From: Eledone cirrhosa
Lineage: Eukaryota
Assembly (NCBI GenBank): GCA_964016885.1
Contig: OZ024742.1
Coordinates: 148,180,001 to 148,244,000, forward strand
Direction: 5' to 3'
Length of the DNA: 64,000 bases
Shown here: piece after piece, positions 1 to 13,544 of the stretch
Position numbering within the stretch: position 1 is the first letter of the stretch
Layout of the letters: each line of letters begins with the position of its first letter
The notes under the pieces: model-generated
Databases searched by the model: none
Told to the model about the DNA's origin: nothing
The model's input: only the letters and a program-made list of their open reading frames with translations
Made by a program: the position numbers and the translations under genes

Positions 1-19
1 TATATATATATATTTAAAG

Positions 20-237
20 GATCGATCGACTTTCGTCAAATCGGACCGAGGAAACAATGTTTCCGTTGGTCTTTCCAGTTGCTAGTACTATCTATCGGTC
101 GCAACTCCAGGTAGAAGGAGCAACGTGAAATAAAGTGTCTTGCTCAAGGACATAACGCATCGCCCGGTCCAGGAATCGAACTCACAACCTCAAGATTGTG
201 AATCCAATTCTCTAACCATTCAGCCACACGCCTTCAC
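20..237 (-). mobile_element. tRNA-derived SINE, CORE-like family A
   Basis: Reverse complement shows A-box TGGCTGAATGG, B-box GTTCGATTCC, then TGTCCTTGAGCAAGACACTTTATTTCACG; related to 14827-15015 and 23935-24101. Confidence 0.8.
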
Positions 238-515
238 TATATATATCATAAAACATGTCTATAGAATCACCAGATAAAATATATACCATTTCCTCTCCCA
301 ATTAGCATAATTAACCATATAAAAAATCGAATAGACCAGGCTATAAGAATAAGGCTTCTATGAAGAAATCTCCAACAAATAACCGTAACCAGCCCTTCGC
401 GCCGGCTGCCACGGAATATTTATCGAATATTTCGACAGCGTAATCGTAATATACAGTCAATTAAACAGAATTAGGTGTAAAATAAACTAGGAGAAAAGAG
501 AATACATTTATTTAC

Positions 516-588
516 CTCGACCATGGTTTCGTCCGCATCTTAAGATCTCCGATAATTTCGGAAACTTGAGCACTGGACTCTTCAGGAG
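516..588 (-). ncRNA. Type I hammerhead ribozyme (inverted copy)
   Basis: Minus strand: ctc-CTGAAGA-gtcc...ggac-GAAA-ccatgg-TC-gag. Confidence 0.8.
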
Positions 589-791
589 TTAGTTCAGATC
601 TAGACAATAAATTTTCCAAAGTGATCGCGCCAAGAATACATTCAAAAATGGCTAAGAATCGTGACGTAGCAGTGGTCAGGTTGGAAGGAGTGTGGTTAGT
701 TGCTTACGGCTGGTGGCTTTTTACTAGAAATCGCAGCACAATACAGCCAAATTTGTATCTCAACCTAACGGGAGATTATTACATATAAAGG

Positions 792-941
<150 letters not shown>

Positions 942-1355
942 TACATATACGTGTTTTGCAACGGGTAACTTTGTGGCTCAATGAAAAGTTAATAAATTAA
1001 ATAAGGAAATGGTATACATTTTATCTGGTGATTCTATAGACATGTTTCATGATATATAGCTCTGATTATTTAATTTATTAACTTTTCATTGAGCCACAAA
1101 GTGACCCGTTGCAAAACACGTATATGTATATATATATATATATATATGTAAACCTTTATATGTAATAATCTCCCGTTAAGTTGAGATACAAATTTGGGTG
1201 TATTATGCTGCGCTTTCTAGCAAAAAGCCACCAGCCGTAAGCAACTAACCACACTCCTTCCAACCTGACCGCTGCTACGTCACGATTCTTAGCCATTTTT
1301 GAATGTATTCTTGGCGCGATCACTTTGGAAAATTTATTGTCTAGATCTGAGCTAA

Positions 1356-1428
1356 CTCCTGAAGAGTCCGGTGCTCAAGTTTCCGAAGTTATCGGAGATC
1401 TTAAAATGCGGACGAAACCATGGTCGAG
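1356..1428 (+). ncRNA. Type I hammerhead ribozyme
   Basis: Helix I ctc/gag; core CTGAAGA (1359-1365); helix II gtccg/cggac with inner tccga/tcgga hairpin; GAAA (1414-1417); palindromic helix III ccatgg; predicted cleavage after GUC at 1425. Confidence 0.85.
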
Positions 1429-1803
1429 GTAAATAAATGTATTCTCTTTTCTCCTAGTTTATTTTACACCTAATTCTGTTTAATTGACTGTATATTACGA
1501 TTACGCTGTCGAAATATTCGATAAATATTCCGTGGCAGCCGGCGCGAAGGGCTGGTCTCGGTTATTTGTTGGAGATTTCTTCATAGAAGCCTTATTCTTA
1601 TAGCCTGGTCTATTCGATTTTTTATATGGTTAATTATGCTAATTGGGAGAGGAAATGGTATATATTTTATCTGGTGATTCTATAGATATGTTTTATGATA
1701 TATAGCTCTGATTATTTAATTTATTAACTTTTCATTGAGCCACAAAGTGACCCGTTGCAAAACACGTATATGTATATATGTATATATATATATATATGTA
1801 AAC

Positions 1804-1904
<101 letters not shown>

Positions 1905-2329
1905 TATAAAGAAAGTGCTCAAGCACAAAAATACTAGAAGCATAGCTTATAACATAGAGTGAAGACCCTTAAAAGACGGAAAAAGAATTTGCCAACCGTC
2001 GCTATGAGGAATTAAACCCCATATCGTCCAGATACCGGCTAGAAGCATTAACCTTTAAGTGTACTTGAGGATCATTATACAAAAACGAATTCATTCCCGA
2101 GGCGAATGAGATGGAGGGCTTTTCATTACGATCGGAAAACCAATTCCCAGAAACTCAAGGATAACTGTATGGATATAAAAGGCTATTCTAAATCCCGAAA
2201 CAGTCCCCAACTCATAATATCTACCTAGATGAATTTGAGGATATTATCATCAATATGATCCAAACTATAAATTTAGTACAAGGAAGAAACAGAAAATCTG
2301 GAGAAAACAACACTAAACAAAAATATATC

Positions 2330-2960
2330 ATGAATCAAACAGACTCTTTTACTGATAATGGATTTGATTACTTATGATAATCGAAACAAGGCAAAGTAAC
2401 TTCTATGGATTGACCAAAATTCATACAAACTCTAAAATACAGGAAGCTATTGATAAACAAATAACCAAAACACTAAAGTACAGAGACCAACTGATCTCAG
2501 AATAAGACCACCTGTTGCAAGACCACAATTTCCAACACAGCATTTGAATCACTTTATAGAATCGCATATTAAATTTCTATGTCAAAAGATCTCGAATAAT
2601 GTTGGAAATGTCAAAGATTTTCTTAAAGACATTCCATCAATTGTTACAGAGGGCACTATTTTAACAAGCTTCGACGTAATAAAACTTTACACTAATATAC
2701 TGCATTCATTAGGCCTGGAAGCCAAGAACTGGGAAGAAAACGTAGACATAAGATATGAACGTTTCAAAATAGATTTCATCATCAAAGTCCTACATCTAGT
2801 ATTAGAAGAAAACATATATAGACAAACATAAGGAACCGCTATGGGCCCAAAGTAGCACCTTAGTGTGCTAACTTTGTAATAGTAATCTTAAAAGAAAAAT
2901 TATATCATGAAGTAGAAACGACATTTGGTCAAAATTTTAAAGTATACATTATCAGGGAAA
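2330..2960 (+). pseudogene. Decayed Penelope-like reverse transcriptase fragment
   Basis: ORF 2544-2831 has SFDVIKLYTNI and VLEEN..YRQT, followed out of frame by GTAMGPK; homologous to the RT at 55248-56855. Confidence 0.8.
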
Positions 2961-3313
2961 TTTCCTTTATAGCTTCTCTATATAATATGAAATTATACAT
3001 ATATATGAGATGTTTCAGCAGATGACAATTGCTTGTACGAATGCGAACGGATGTGAACGAGTGTAGGGTTCATTTAACTCTCTATCTCATTCATTGCCTG
3101 CTAGTTTGGTCAGTATGTATATTCCTCCATCAATCCATGTTAATTCTCATTTCCTCTCTCTTTCCCCACTATTTATATGATTTATATGTTATCAAACGTG
3201 ACATGCGACCAAAGAAGCTACACACAGGTTATATATATATATATACGTGTGTTTAATGGTAGCTATGGTGCTTCCATAGGCGGTATGCCAGTTGAGCACA
3301 TGCGCGCGCGCGT

Positions 3314-3337
3314 ATATATATATATATATATATATAA

Positions 3338-3383
<46 letters not shown>

Positions 3384-3413
3384 ACATATATAAACACTTA
3401 TATATATATATAA

Positions 3414-3459
<46 letters not shown>

Positions 3460-3566
3460 GTGTGTATATATATATATGCGTGTGTGTGTGTATATATATA
3501 TATGAGTGGGTGTATATATATATATGTATATATATGCGTGTATATATATATGCGTATATATATATA

Positions 3567-3654
<88 letters not shown>

Positions 3655-3655
3655 G
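3314..3655. repeat. (TA)n/(CA)n compound microsatellite
   Basis: Direct reading. Confidence 0.95.
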
Positions 3656-4237
3656 AGACGTGCTTGTGCCATTTTGTCAACGGTGAACTATTATTTTTAT
3701 GATCGAGTTGGCTATTCTGTCCCAATAGATGTTTTTTTGTAAATATCGTTCAATATCTCTATAACATTTCTTTGTTAAATCTTTTTTACTTTTGTAACTC
3801 ATCCTATACAAAAAAATCGTTATTTGTTCCAAATAATGTGACAGCGCATTTTATACCATTTTACGATATTGTTCTATACTTTATTTTTTCTGATACTTTC
3901 CTTCGATTCTTTTGTGATTAAATGGGTAGCATTGTGAAAGATACACAACAGTATCTTAATATTAGATCCCTCATAGAGTCAAGTTTCACACTGGTGCATT
4001 TCCCATTCTGGCATTGTAATATTACGGTCATATACATACATATTATCATATTAGAACATTTCACGAGGAATAGCTCGCATATACACAATATATACTTATC
4101 TCTGAAAAACATAACGCAGTGTTGAATCACCTTGCATAGAAATATTACAGAATAAAAGGTATTTCCATTTACATATCCGTGTGTATATATTTGTATATGT
4201 CTATTTTTTATATACATGCATGTAGATGTACTGTAGA

Positions 4238-4240
<3 letters not shown>

Positions 4241-4325
<85 letters not shown>

Positions 4326-4326
4326 C

Positions 4327-4390
<64 letters not shown>

Positions 4391-4453
4391 GTATGTATAT
4401 ATATATATGTATATATATATATGTATGTATATATATATGTATATATATATATG

Positions 4454-4544
<91 letters not shown>

Positions 4545-4545
4545 G

Positions 4546-4618
<73 letters not shown>

Positions 4619-4620
4619 AC

Positions 4621-4653
<33 letters not shown>

Positions 4654-4895
4654 TGTATAAATATATATATATATATAAATGTATATATATATGTATATAT
4701 ATATTTAAATGTATATATATATATATATGTATATATATGTATATATATATGTATATATATGTATAAATATATATATATATGTATATATATATGTATATAT
4801 ATATATGTATATATATGTATAAATATATATATATATGTTTATATATGTATATATATATGTATATATATGTATAAATATATATATATATATAAATG

Positions 4896-4928
<33 letters not shown>

Positions 4929-4933
4929 GTATA

Positions 4934-5000
<67 letters not shown>

Positions 5001-5018
5001 GTATATATGTATATATAC

Positions 5019-5049
<31 letters not shown>

Positions 5050-5067
5050 CATATATATACATATATG

Positions 5068-5113
<46 letters not shown>

Positions 5114-5125
5114 TATATGTGTGTG

Positions 5126-5158
<33 letters not shown>

Positions 5159-5199
5159 ATATATATATATACATACATATACATACACACACACATATA

Positions 5200-5249
<50 letters not shown>

Positions 5250-5302
5250 CATACATATATATACATACACACACACACATATATGTATATATATATATAC
5301 AT

Positions 5303-5357
<55 letters not shown>
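4241..5357. repeat. ~1.1-kb interrupted (TA)n microsatellite
   Basis: Direct reading; TATG-type interruptions dominate the left part and TACA-type the right part. Confidence 0.95.
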
Positions 5358-5359
<2 letters not shown>

Positions 5360-5482
5360 GGAGGTGAGTTTTATTGTAGTACAATAAAGCAATGCAGATA
5401 TCGGATAAGAAGCACTCTACAGTTTGTAGGACTGGAGTATACATAATATATAAGATCAAAAGATGGTTAAATGAGTTCCATG

Positions 5483-5553
5483 TATTTTATTATGCGCATT
5501 TCAAAAACAAATATCATCATGCAATAACATTTGTGTTTTCATCAGATAAAATA
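5483..5553 (-). ncRNA. Type I hammerhead ribozyme
   Basis: Minus strand: tattttat-CTGATGA-aaacacaaatgttat...atgatatttgttttt-GAAA-tgcgca-TA-ataaaata; 8-bp perfect helix I, palindromic helix III, AUA cleavage triplet. Confidence 0.85.
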
Positions 5554-5911
5554 GGAGGACATGATATGAAGGTTAAAACACTTGTGGATAGTGCAGTTTT
5601 AAATCAACATATGAGAAGTAGTTTTAGATTGATGTGTGATATTGGGGAAAACATTTTTTGAGGGGGGGGGGTGGAAAGGATGAAAAAGAGGAGGAGATGA
5701 GAGTGAAAAGTGGAGGGGGAGGAGTATAATGAGGAAGGATGAGATAGGAGGAGAGATGGGTGATAGAGAGAGAGAGATAGCTTTTATAACTGAGAAAAAT
5801 ATATTGTTTTACATAGAGAGGTTGAAAAAACCGTTGGAAGATAATGTATATCATAAAAGAATTTGAAAATTAACGAAGAGAAAATAATATAAAGTTAAGG
5901 TTTGTATATTG

Positions 5912-6140
5912 AAGGGTTTAATAATATGTGCGATGAAAAGAAATTGTTAATATGTATTAAGAATAATATTTAAGGGTTTAATAATATGTGCGATGAAAAG
6001 AAATTGTTAATATGTATTAAGAATAATATTTAAGGGTTTAATAATATGTGCGAGGGAAAGAAAATGTTAATATGTATTAAGAATAATATTTAAGGGTTTA
6101 ATAATATGTGCGATGGAAAGAAAATGTTGATATGTATTAT
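5912..6140. repeat. 60-bp tandem repeat, ~3.8 copies
   Basis: AAGGGTTTAATAATATGTGCGA recurs at 5912, 5972, 6032 and 6092. Confidence 0.9.
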
Positions 6141-6312
6141 TAAAAAAAAACAAAAGTAATGTAAGTAAGGATATATTGTGAGATGAGCATGAATAAGTTA
6201 GATGAAAGTGAGAAAAAAATAATGAATAGAGGATGAATAATCTAACGTAAAAAAAAATGTTTATGTTTACGAAGGATTTTTTCAAGGTGATATAAAGTAA
6301 GAATATAGTGTA

Positions 6313-9011
6313 CTAGCAGTAAAGCCCGGCGTTGCTCGGGGTCGCTCAGTAGCTGTGTTAAAGTTACAATGTTAAGTTTCTTTTTTGGCTTAAAGTCTGT
6401 CTGCACGACTGTCTGTCTGCACGCCTAACGAAATTTACAGATACATTTATTTTAAATAAACTTATATAATTTTTGCTTTTTTTAACGAAATATTTGCTTG
6501 TTTTACGTAGTCTTTAAATAGACTTGTTTTCAAGTAAAAATATTGTTTTAAAAGGCTTTTAAATGGAAATGAAGCAAAACGGAAGCTTAGTGTTCGAACT
6601 GATGAATTTTGCAGGTCAAAATTTTGCTGGCTCGACAACTGTTCGTGTATTGTGTTAATGTCATTTTAAACGCTGAGAAAGCCAGCGTAATTTTTTTAAT
6701 TTTTGCACGCAGAAAATGTAAACAGAACAAAGGGAAATAACTCGTCACTTACGCTCAAAAATCGATACATTAGATTCGATTTCGTCACATAGGGTGGGTC
6801 AATTTGAAATCTTTTTTTTCCGATGTCTTCGCTAGGGCTCAATGTACAAGTATAGCAATTTCGGTGCAATTCCGTGAGAGATTCTAAGAGGAGATGTGTG
6901 CCAAAAATCGATAGACAGACAGACAACCACAGTTTTATATATATAGATTACTAGCAGTAAAGCCCGGCGTTGCTCGGGGTCGCTCAGTAGCTGTGTTAAA
7001 GTTACAATGTTAAGTTTCTTTTTTGGCTTAAAAACTGTAGTGTCTACTGTGCAGACTTGCATGTGGTGTTTTTGATTAATATTCCCTCAACCAACAATAT
7101 GCCTTATGAAGTTAAGAAAACATAACGATAACCCGAATGTTATAACAAAAGAGGATGCTGGGGATAAAAACTGCACTGGTTATTTATTAACAAAGATCGA
7201 AAATGTAAACACTGCAACGCAGAGAAAAACATTAGCGTAACCAAATTATCAGTTATGTCTGTCTGCACGCCTATATCACCTCTCTGCACGACTGTCTGTC
7301 TGCACGCCTATATCACCTCTCTGCACGCCTATATCACCTCTCTGCACGACTGTCTGTCTGCACGCCTATATCACCTCTCTGCACGACTGTCTGTCTGCAC
7401 GACTGTCTGTCTGCACGCCTAACGACGAAATATTTGCTTGTTTTACGTAGTCTTTAAATAGACTTGTTTTCAAGTAAAAATATTGTTTTAAAATGCTTTT
7501 AAATGGAAATGAAGCAAAACGGAAGCTTCGTGTATTGTGTTAATGTCATTTTAAACGCTGAGAAAGCCAGCGTAATTTTTTACGTAAGACGCTCAATGTA
7601 AACAGAACAAAGGGAAATAACTGATAACTTACGCTCAAAAATCGATACATCATATTCGATTTCGTCACATAGGGTGGGTCAATTTGAAATATTTTTTTTC
7701 CGATGTCTTCGCTAGGGCTCAATGTACAAGTCTAGCAATTTCGGTGCAATTCCGTGAGAGATTCTAAGAGGAGATGTGTGCCAAAAATCGATAGACAGAC
7801 AGACAACCACAGTTTTATATATATAGATGTCTGTCTGCACGCCTATATCACCTCTCTGCACGACTGTCTGTCTGCACGCCTATATCACCTCTCTGCACGA
7901 CTGTCTGTCTGCACGCCTATATCACCTCTCTGCACGACTGTCTGTCTACACGCGTATATCACCTCTCTGCACGACTGTCTGTCTGCACGCCTAACGACGA
8001 AATATTTGCTTGTTTTACGTAGTCTTTAAATAGACTTGTTTTCAAGTAAAAATATTGTTTTAAAATGCTTTTAAATGGAAATGAAGCAAAACGGAAGCTT
8101 AGTGTTCGAACTGATGAATTTTGCAGGTCAATATTTTGCTGGCTCGACAACTGTTAAAGCCAGCGTAATTTTTTACGTAAGACGCTCAATGTAAACAGAA
8201 CAAAGGGAAATAACTGATCACTTACGCTCAAAAATCGATACATTATATTCGATTTCGTCACATAGGGTGGGTCAATTTGAAATTTTTTTTTCCGATGTCT
8301 TCGCTAGGGCTCAATGTACAAGTCTAGCAATTTCGGTGCAATTCCGTGAGAGATTCTAAGAGGAGATGTGTGCCAAAAATCGATAGACAGACAGACAACC
8401 ACAGTTTTATATATATAGATGTCTGTCTGCACGCCTATATCACCTCTCTGCACGACTGTCTGTCTGCACGCCTATATCACCTCTCTGCACGACTGTCTGT
8501 CTGCACGCCTATATCACCTCTCTGCACGACTGTCTGTCTACACGCGTATATCACCTTTCTGCACGACTGTCTGTCTGCACGCCTAACGACGAAATATTTG
8601 CTTGTTTTACGTAGTCTTTAAATAGACTTGTTTTCAAGTAAAAATATTGTTTTAAAATGCTTTTAAATGGAAATGAAGCAAAACGGAAGCTTAGTGTTCG
8701 AACTGATGAATTTTGCAGGTCAATATTTTGCTGGCTCGACAACTGTTAAAGCCAGCGTAATTTTTTACGTAAGACGCTCAATGTAAACAGAACAAAGGGA
8801 AATAACTGATCACTTACGCTCAAAAATCGATACATTATATTCGATTTCGTCACATAGGGTGGGTCAATTTGAAATTTTTTTTTCCGATGTCTTCGCTAGG
8901 GCTCAATGTACAAGTCTAGCAATTTCGGTGCAATTCCGTGAGAGATTCTAAGAGGAGATGTGTGCCAAAAATCGATAGACAGACAGACAACCACAGTTTT
9001 ATATATATAGA
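6313..9011 (-). mobile_element. Head-to-tail array of four non-autonomous Helitron units
   Basis: Minus-strand 5' ends TCTATATATATAAAACTGTGG at 6947, 7827, 8419 and 9011; 3' ends hairpin CCCGAGCAACGCCGGG plus CTAG at 6313 and 6951; A/T insertion site, no TSD; internal ~37-bp minisatellite TGTCTGTCTGCACGCCTATATCACCTCTCTGCACGAC. Confidence 0.8.
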
Positions 9012-10011
9012 TTGTGTAATAATTGTTTCTATGTTAGGCACAGTGAGAAAAGGTACAGATTAGGGGTTAGAAATTAAAAGAAAAAGAAAATAAAAGTAAA
9101 AGGAAGAAAGGGAAGTGATGAATAGGAGTGATATAGAATATAATAAATAACTTTGAAATAAGGTAGAAAGATGGGTATATTTTTAAAGAAGTATATATAT
9201 ATATATATATGTGCCTTTGAGAAAAGGATTCTGAATTGATAAAGTTTAGGATATTAGCTGTATACTTTATGGAAAGTTATGTGGAATTTATGCAAGCAGA
9301 TAGAAAACAAGTCAGTGCGTCTATTTATTATAGAATCTAAATTAGATATAATGGTAAATTTTTCATTTAGACAGAGATTGAAAGTCTTGGATAGAGAACT
9401 GTTCAAGAAGCAGAGGAAACCTTTTTCCAAGAGATGTTATATTTAATATTTTTGTCTTTCAAGGACCATATGAGTTCTGAGAGAGCCGTGTTGGTTCTTT
9501 TAAGTTTATATTTAAAAGACGAATGATGATTATAAAGACGAGCTTTAAAGGAGGTGGAAGTGGAGCCAAAATAGGTGAAGGAATTTATAACTGACACCAA
9601 TTCCTTCACCTATTTTGGCTCCACTTCCACCTCCTTTAAAGCTCGTCTTTAAAGCTAGTCTCAGCGGTATTTGAACTCGAAACCAAATATAGTAAGATAG
9701 TTTGAACGATGATTAACCGGTTCTGTCATCCATCAATTTCCTCGATAATTATTTCTAAATGTCTCACAATAACAGATTTGTTTTATAAGGAAGGAGTACA
9801 GTTAATGATATCGACGGTAGCCTTCACTGACGATATATTCTATCAATCTCGAAAGGATGAAAAGTATAGCTAACCCTGGCGGAATTTGAACTCGGAATGA
9901 CTTCTAGTAAGACATGAATCTCTTACTACCCTGGAATATATAGCAGTTTAGGAATTTTTCTAGATTTCTAGGCGTTGCTAACTTAGAATATAAAGGAACA
10001 TAGTTTAATAC

Positions 10012-10185
10012 TGATTTCTAATCTAGGCTCAAGGCCAGCACTTCTTGGGGGAAGGGCAAGGTTGATTAAATCAACTGCAGTACTTGACTGGTACTTTATT
10101 ATGTCGATCTTGGAAACATCAAAAGTAAAGTCGACTTCGGAGGGATTTGAACTCAAAACTTAAGGAGTCAGAACAAATACGGTTT
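10012..10185 (-). mobile_element. tRNA-derived SINE family B (Meta-domain-like), diverged
   Basis: Reverse complement has GAGTTCAAATCCC and GAAGTCGACTTTACTTT...AATAAAGTACCAGT. Confidence 0.7.
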
Positions 10186-10306
10186 GTTCGTTTTGATAAT
10201 TCGGTTTCTACAACCCCACTCCCTTCTCTCATCTTAGTTTTGATTATAATTTGATCATCCTATTATTACTTGTTTCCTTTACATTTCCTTTTCCTCCGTT
10301 TCCCCG

Positions 10307-10369
<63 letters not shown>
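10307..10369. repeat. (CTA)n microsatellite
   Basis: Direct reading. Confidence 0.95.
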
Positions 10370-10961
10370 GGTATTTACACTATTTGTTTTTCTTTCTTTT
10401 TCTATCCTCCTATCTGGCATTTCCTCAGTTTTCTTATGTTCCCCTCAAACCTCTATGTTGCTCTCCATCCTTTCAAACCCAACTTTAAATCCCCGATGTC
10501 CATATGCTGCTATGGTTTCAATCGATTCTGTCCAGTTGAACTGGAGTTTTCTATTTTTAAACCTGATTTATCCGATTTCCTGAAAATCCTTAGCGGGATT
10601 TCGAGTTAAACAAACAGTTTCAGTTCAGAATTGACAACATCTGCTACACTTGCTATTCAGCTTATATTTCCTTTCAATCAGCTTCTCTTCAGTCTTTATT
10701 TAACCGAACTGTTAATGTAGATATATTCCTTCATTGCATTTATTATTGAGGTGCATGCTCCAGCAAGATATTCTATCCCACTACATGCTATCAAATGATT
10801 TCTTTAATATCCGGACCTACAGAATAGAGGTGCTTTAGTAGCTTCCGATTGGTGTAGTAGAGATCGTGTAGACAAAAAGAAACCCTTATAAAAATTAATA
10901 TCAAAAGCAGTTAATGCATTATCATCATCGCCAGCATCATCATCTTCAACAGCATCATTGC

Positions 10962-11025
<64 letters not shown>

Positions 11026-11034
11026 GCAATAATA

Positions 11035-11730
11035 AACGAAGTGGCTGAAGCACCATATTTACAAGGTGGAGGCTAGCCCACTGTGCAGGATCTGTGGAGA
11101 GAGAGAGGAGCCTGTGGCTCACATTATATCCGAGTGTAAACACCTAGCCCAGACTCACTATAAGGGCTGGAGACATGATGTGATGGGCAGGGTGATCCAC
11201 TGGCACCTATGCAAAGTAAACAATTTACCACATTCTGAGAAGTGGTATGAGCATAAGCCAGAGTCGGTGATAGAAAATGATCAGGTGAAGGTACTGTGGG
11301 ATTTTAGGATACAGACGGACAAGAAACTGGAACACAATAGACCTGACCTGGTGGTTTTGGACAAGGAAAAAAGATCATGCCTGATTGTAGATATGGCCTG
11401 CCCATTTGACACGAGAGTGCAAGAAAAGGAGAGGGAGAAAATTAACCAATACCAGGATTTAAAGTGGGAGGTAAAAAGGATTTGGAACTGCCATGAAATC
11501 AAGGTCGTCCCGATTGTCATAGGCGCACTAGGTACTATCTCAAGGAGTTTCCAGGGATGGTTAAAGAAGATTAGTCCAGCCCCGCTTTTTGGAACACTTC
11601 AAAAGGCATGCTTGCTGGGAACAGCAAGAACCCTCCGATACGTCCTGAATATCTGAGGCTGCAGGTAGCAGCTTGATATTCATTTCAACAAACTTTCCAG
11701 TTAAATAACATCAACGACTGAGACTCAAAG
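11035..11730 (+). mobile_element. 5'-truncated R4/Dong-clade non-LTR retrotransposon (CCHC finger plus restriction-like endonuclease)
   Basis: Uninterrupted ORF 11066-11656 with CRICGEREEPVAHIISEC, RHD, NRPDLVV..IVDMACP..KINQY; short 3' UTR; flanked on both sides by (AAT)n. Confidence 0.9.
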
Positions 11731-12259
11731 AACAACAATAATAATAATAATCTCATAATTTTAATGCACCAATACGCATATATGTGACCCAAACACTCAC
11801 CCTTCTATCCGTCTCACTATATCAGTCAAGCCTCATATTGTCTCTAACTACAACCATCTCGAGGAAGCAATACACAAATACGTATCTTACTATGAGTATC
11901 ATATAACCGACTACTATTTCCCCTTACCTATCAACCCTCCACATTGCTCCTCCAGACGACGGCCACACGGCTCTTTCGCCGCCTCCGGTCTGAGCCCTAC
12001 ACTTTCACCATCTTCCCACTCCTTCCTTCTTTCAACCAGGTATGGAACCTCTGAAACCTCCTCCTCTGCAGCTGCCCCGAGTCCCTCCTCTGCTCCCGAC
12101 CCCATTGCCACACTTGCAATTAGATCACCAACATCACCACCCTCCGTGGGCCCAACGGCCAATCCGTTGCACTTCCTCCAGCCTTGTCTGCGGGCTCCTC
12201 TGCACGCTAAGTGGAGCTGTCTACATGCAGTGTGCACTGTGTAGGATTTCTTAAGAGGA

Positions 12260-12800
12260 CGAGTGTCTCAGTCTTAGCAGCACTGATTTTCATTCGTCTG
12301 CAAATTCCAGCTGACTGATTCTACATCCATCGGTTTTCAAATCACTTCCAGCCCGTCTACGCATGTCAGTCATATTCATGAAGATTATGAATAGAAAAGG
12401 GGACAATATCCACTCTCGCCGGAGTCCAACAACTACATTGACTGGCTTCGACTTAGCACAATTTATTTGAACACTAGGGTATTCGTATAGAGACTTCAAG
12501 ACAACAAGATGTCCATCGATCCCATACTCCTGCAGAACCTCCCACAACAAATCCCGTGGAGGGTGGTCGTATTCCTTTTCAATGTCTACGAAACCAGCAT
12601 ACACCTCTTTACAATACTCCCACGATTTATTGAAGACCTATCGCAGAATGAATATTTAGTCGGCTGTGCTACGTTCAGAGTGAAAACTACAATATTCGTC
12701 AGCTAACTTGAATTCAATAATATCTCTACATCTCTTTGCCAGATACTTAGTATAGACTTTGCCGGGTAGGTTCAACAAGGAGATTCCTCTATAAATTAGT
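12260..12800 (-). pseudogene. RTE-clade reverse transcriptase fragment
   Basis: YRGISLLNLPGKVY, FVDIEKEYD, GLRREWILSPFLF and EFADE in ORFs 12656-12898 and 12290-12604. Confidence 0.8.
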
Positions 12801-13203
12801 ACAATCTCTTTAGTGTCGCTTTTAAAATCATATTGGGATATGTTGTTTAAGAAAACCTCTAAGTTTATCAAGTCGAATTTGCTGTATTTTTGAATCAACC
12901 ATTAGTGTGCATACTTGTCTTGTCATGCAGTATGAATTGCGTAGCACGAATAAAAGTTCAAATAGTGATTTGTGTCTCTCTCCTTTTGTAATCTTAGTGT
13001 TACAGAAAAGAATGTAGTGAAAAAGAACTATTTTTGTACAACTTCATAAAGTTATGTAACAAAATTCTGCACTGTATCAGGTATGTTGGATGGAAGCAGC
13101 ATGTGATTTATTAGTTATGATGAAATTTCTATTGTTCAGGTGTCATTAAGAATTTTCTTTGTGACTCCTAAAGCGCATGATTCTAAATTCTATTCTTATG
13201 TTG

Positions 13204-13520
13204 TCACTGAGTACGTACGCTGTTCACCAAAGTGTCGAGTTGCTTTTCCTTCTTACCAAGTAATTCCAAGTCATCTACGAATAATGGGTAGTTGATGGTT
13301 TGTTTATATTTTCCAAATTCAAATCCTGATTTTATCTTTCTCAAGATATTGGTCATAGGTATAAGACTAATTATAAAGTGTAAAGGTGATTGTCTATTTC
13401 TTTCAAATATTCCTCTCTTTATTCTAGCTTCCCCCAAATTTTTTACCGGCTACTATGAATTCTGTTTTCCACTGCTCCACACTATTTTTGTGGAAAGATT
13501 TTATGTGATCGGCTATTTTG
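13204..13520 (-). pseudogene. R4/Dong-like reverse transcriptase fragment
   Basis: IKRGIF....SPLHFIISLIPMT and INYPLFVDDLEL motifs. Confidence 0.7.
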
Positions 13521-13544
13521 AATTTGTTCTAGAATTTGATGAAG

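Larger units (their letters stand above)
5358..9651 (-). mobile_element. 5'-truncated Penelope-like element (GIY-YIG plus long 3' UTR) interrupted by the Helitron array
   Basis: ORF 9403-9609 (YFGSTSTSFKARLYNH..LSELIWSLKDKNIKYNISW) matches the GIY-YIG regions at ~17.9 kb and ~62.9 kb; hammerhead at 5483-5553 on the same strand just before (TA)n. Continuity across the Helitron is inferred. Confidence 0.7.

Noticed and set aside
160-237. tRNA gene (also SINE heads at 14827 and 45505)
   Set aside because: A/B boxes run directly into SINE body sequence and no complete cloverleaf is evident.
3253-5459. Long YI/CV/TH-rich ORFs (also at 0.8, 1.7, 43, 44.6, 49, 52, 57.5 and 59.5 kb)
   Set aside because: Translations of (TA)n/(CA)n microsatellites.
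5392-5661. Plus-strand ORF vaguely resembling a GIY-YIG C-terminus
   Set aside because: No catalytic motifs; better explained as the antisense of a hammerhead-bearing PLE terminus.
6599-6640. CTGATGA within the Helitron (also ~8112 and ~8704)
   Set aside because: No GAAA after helix II and no helix I pairing.
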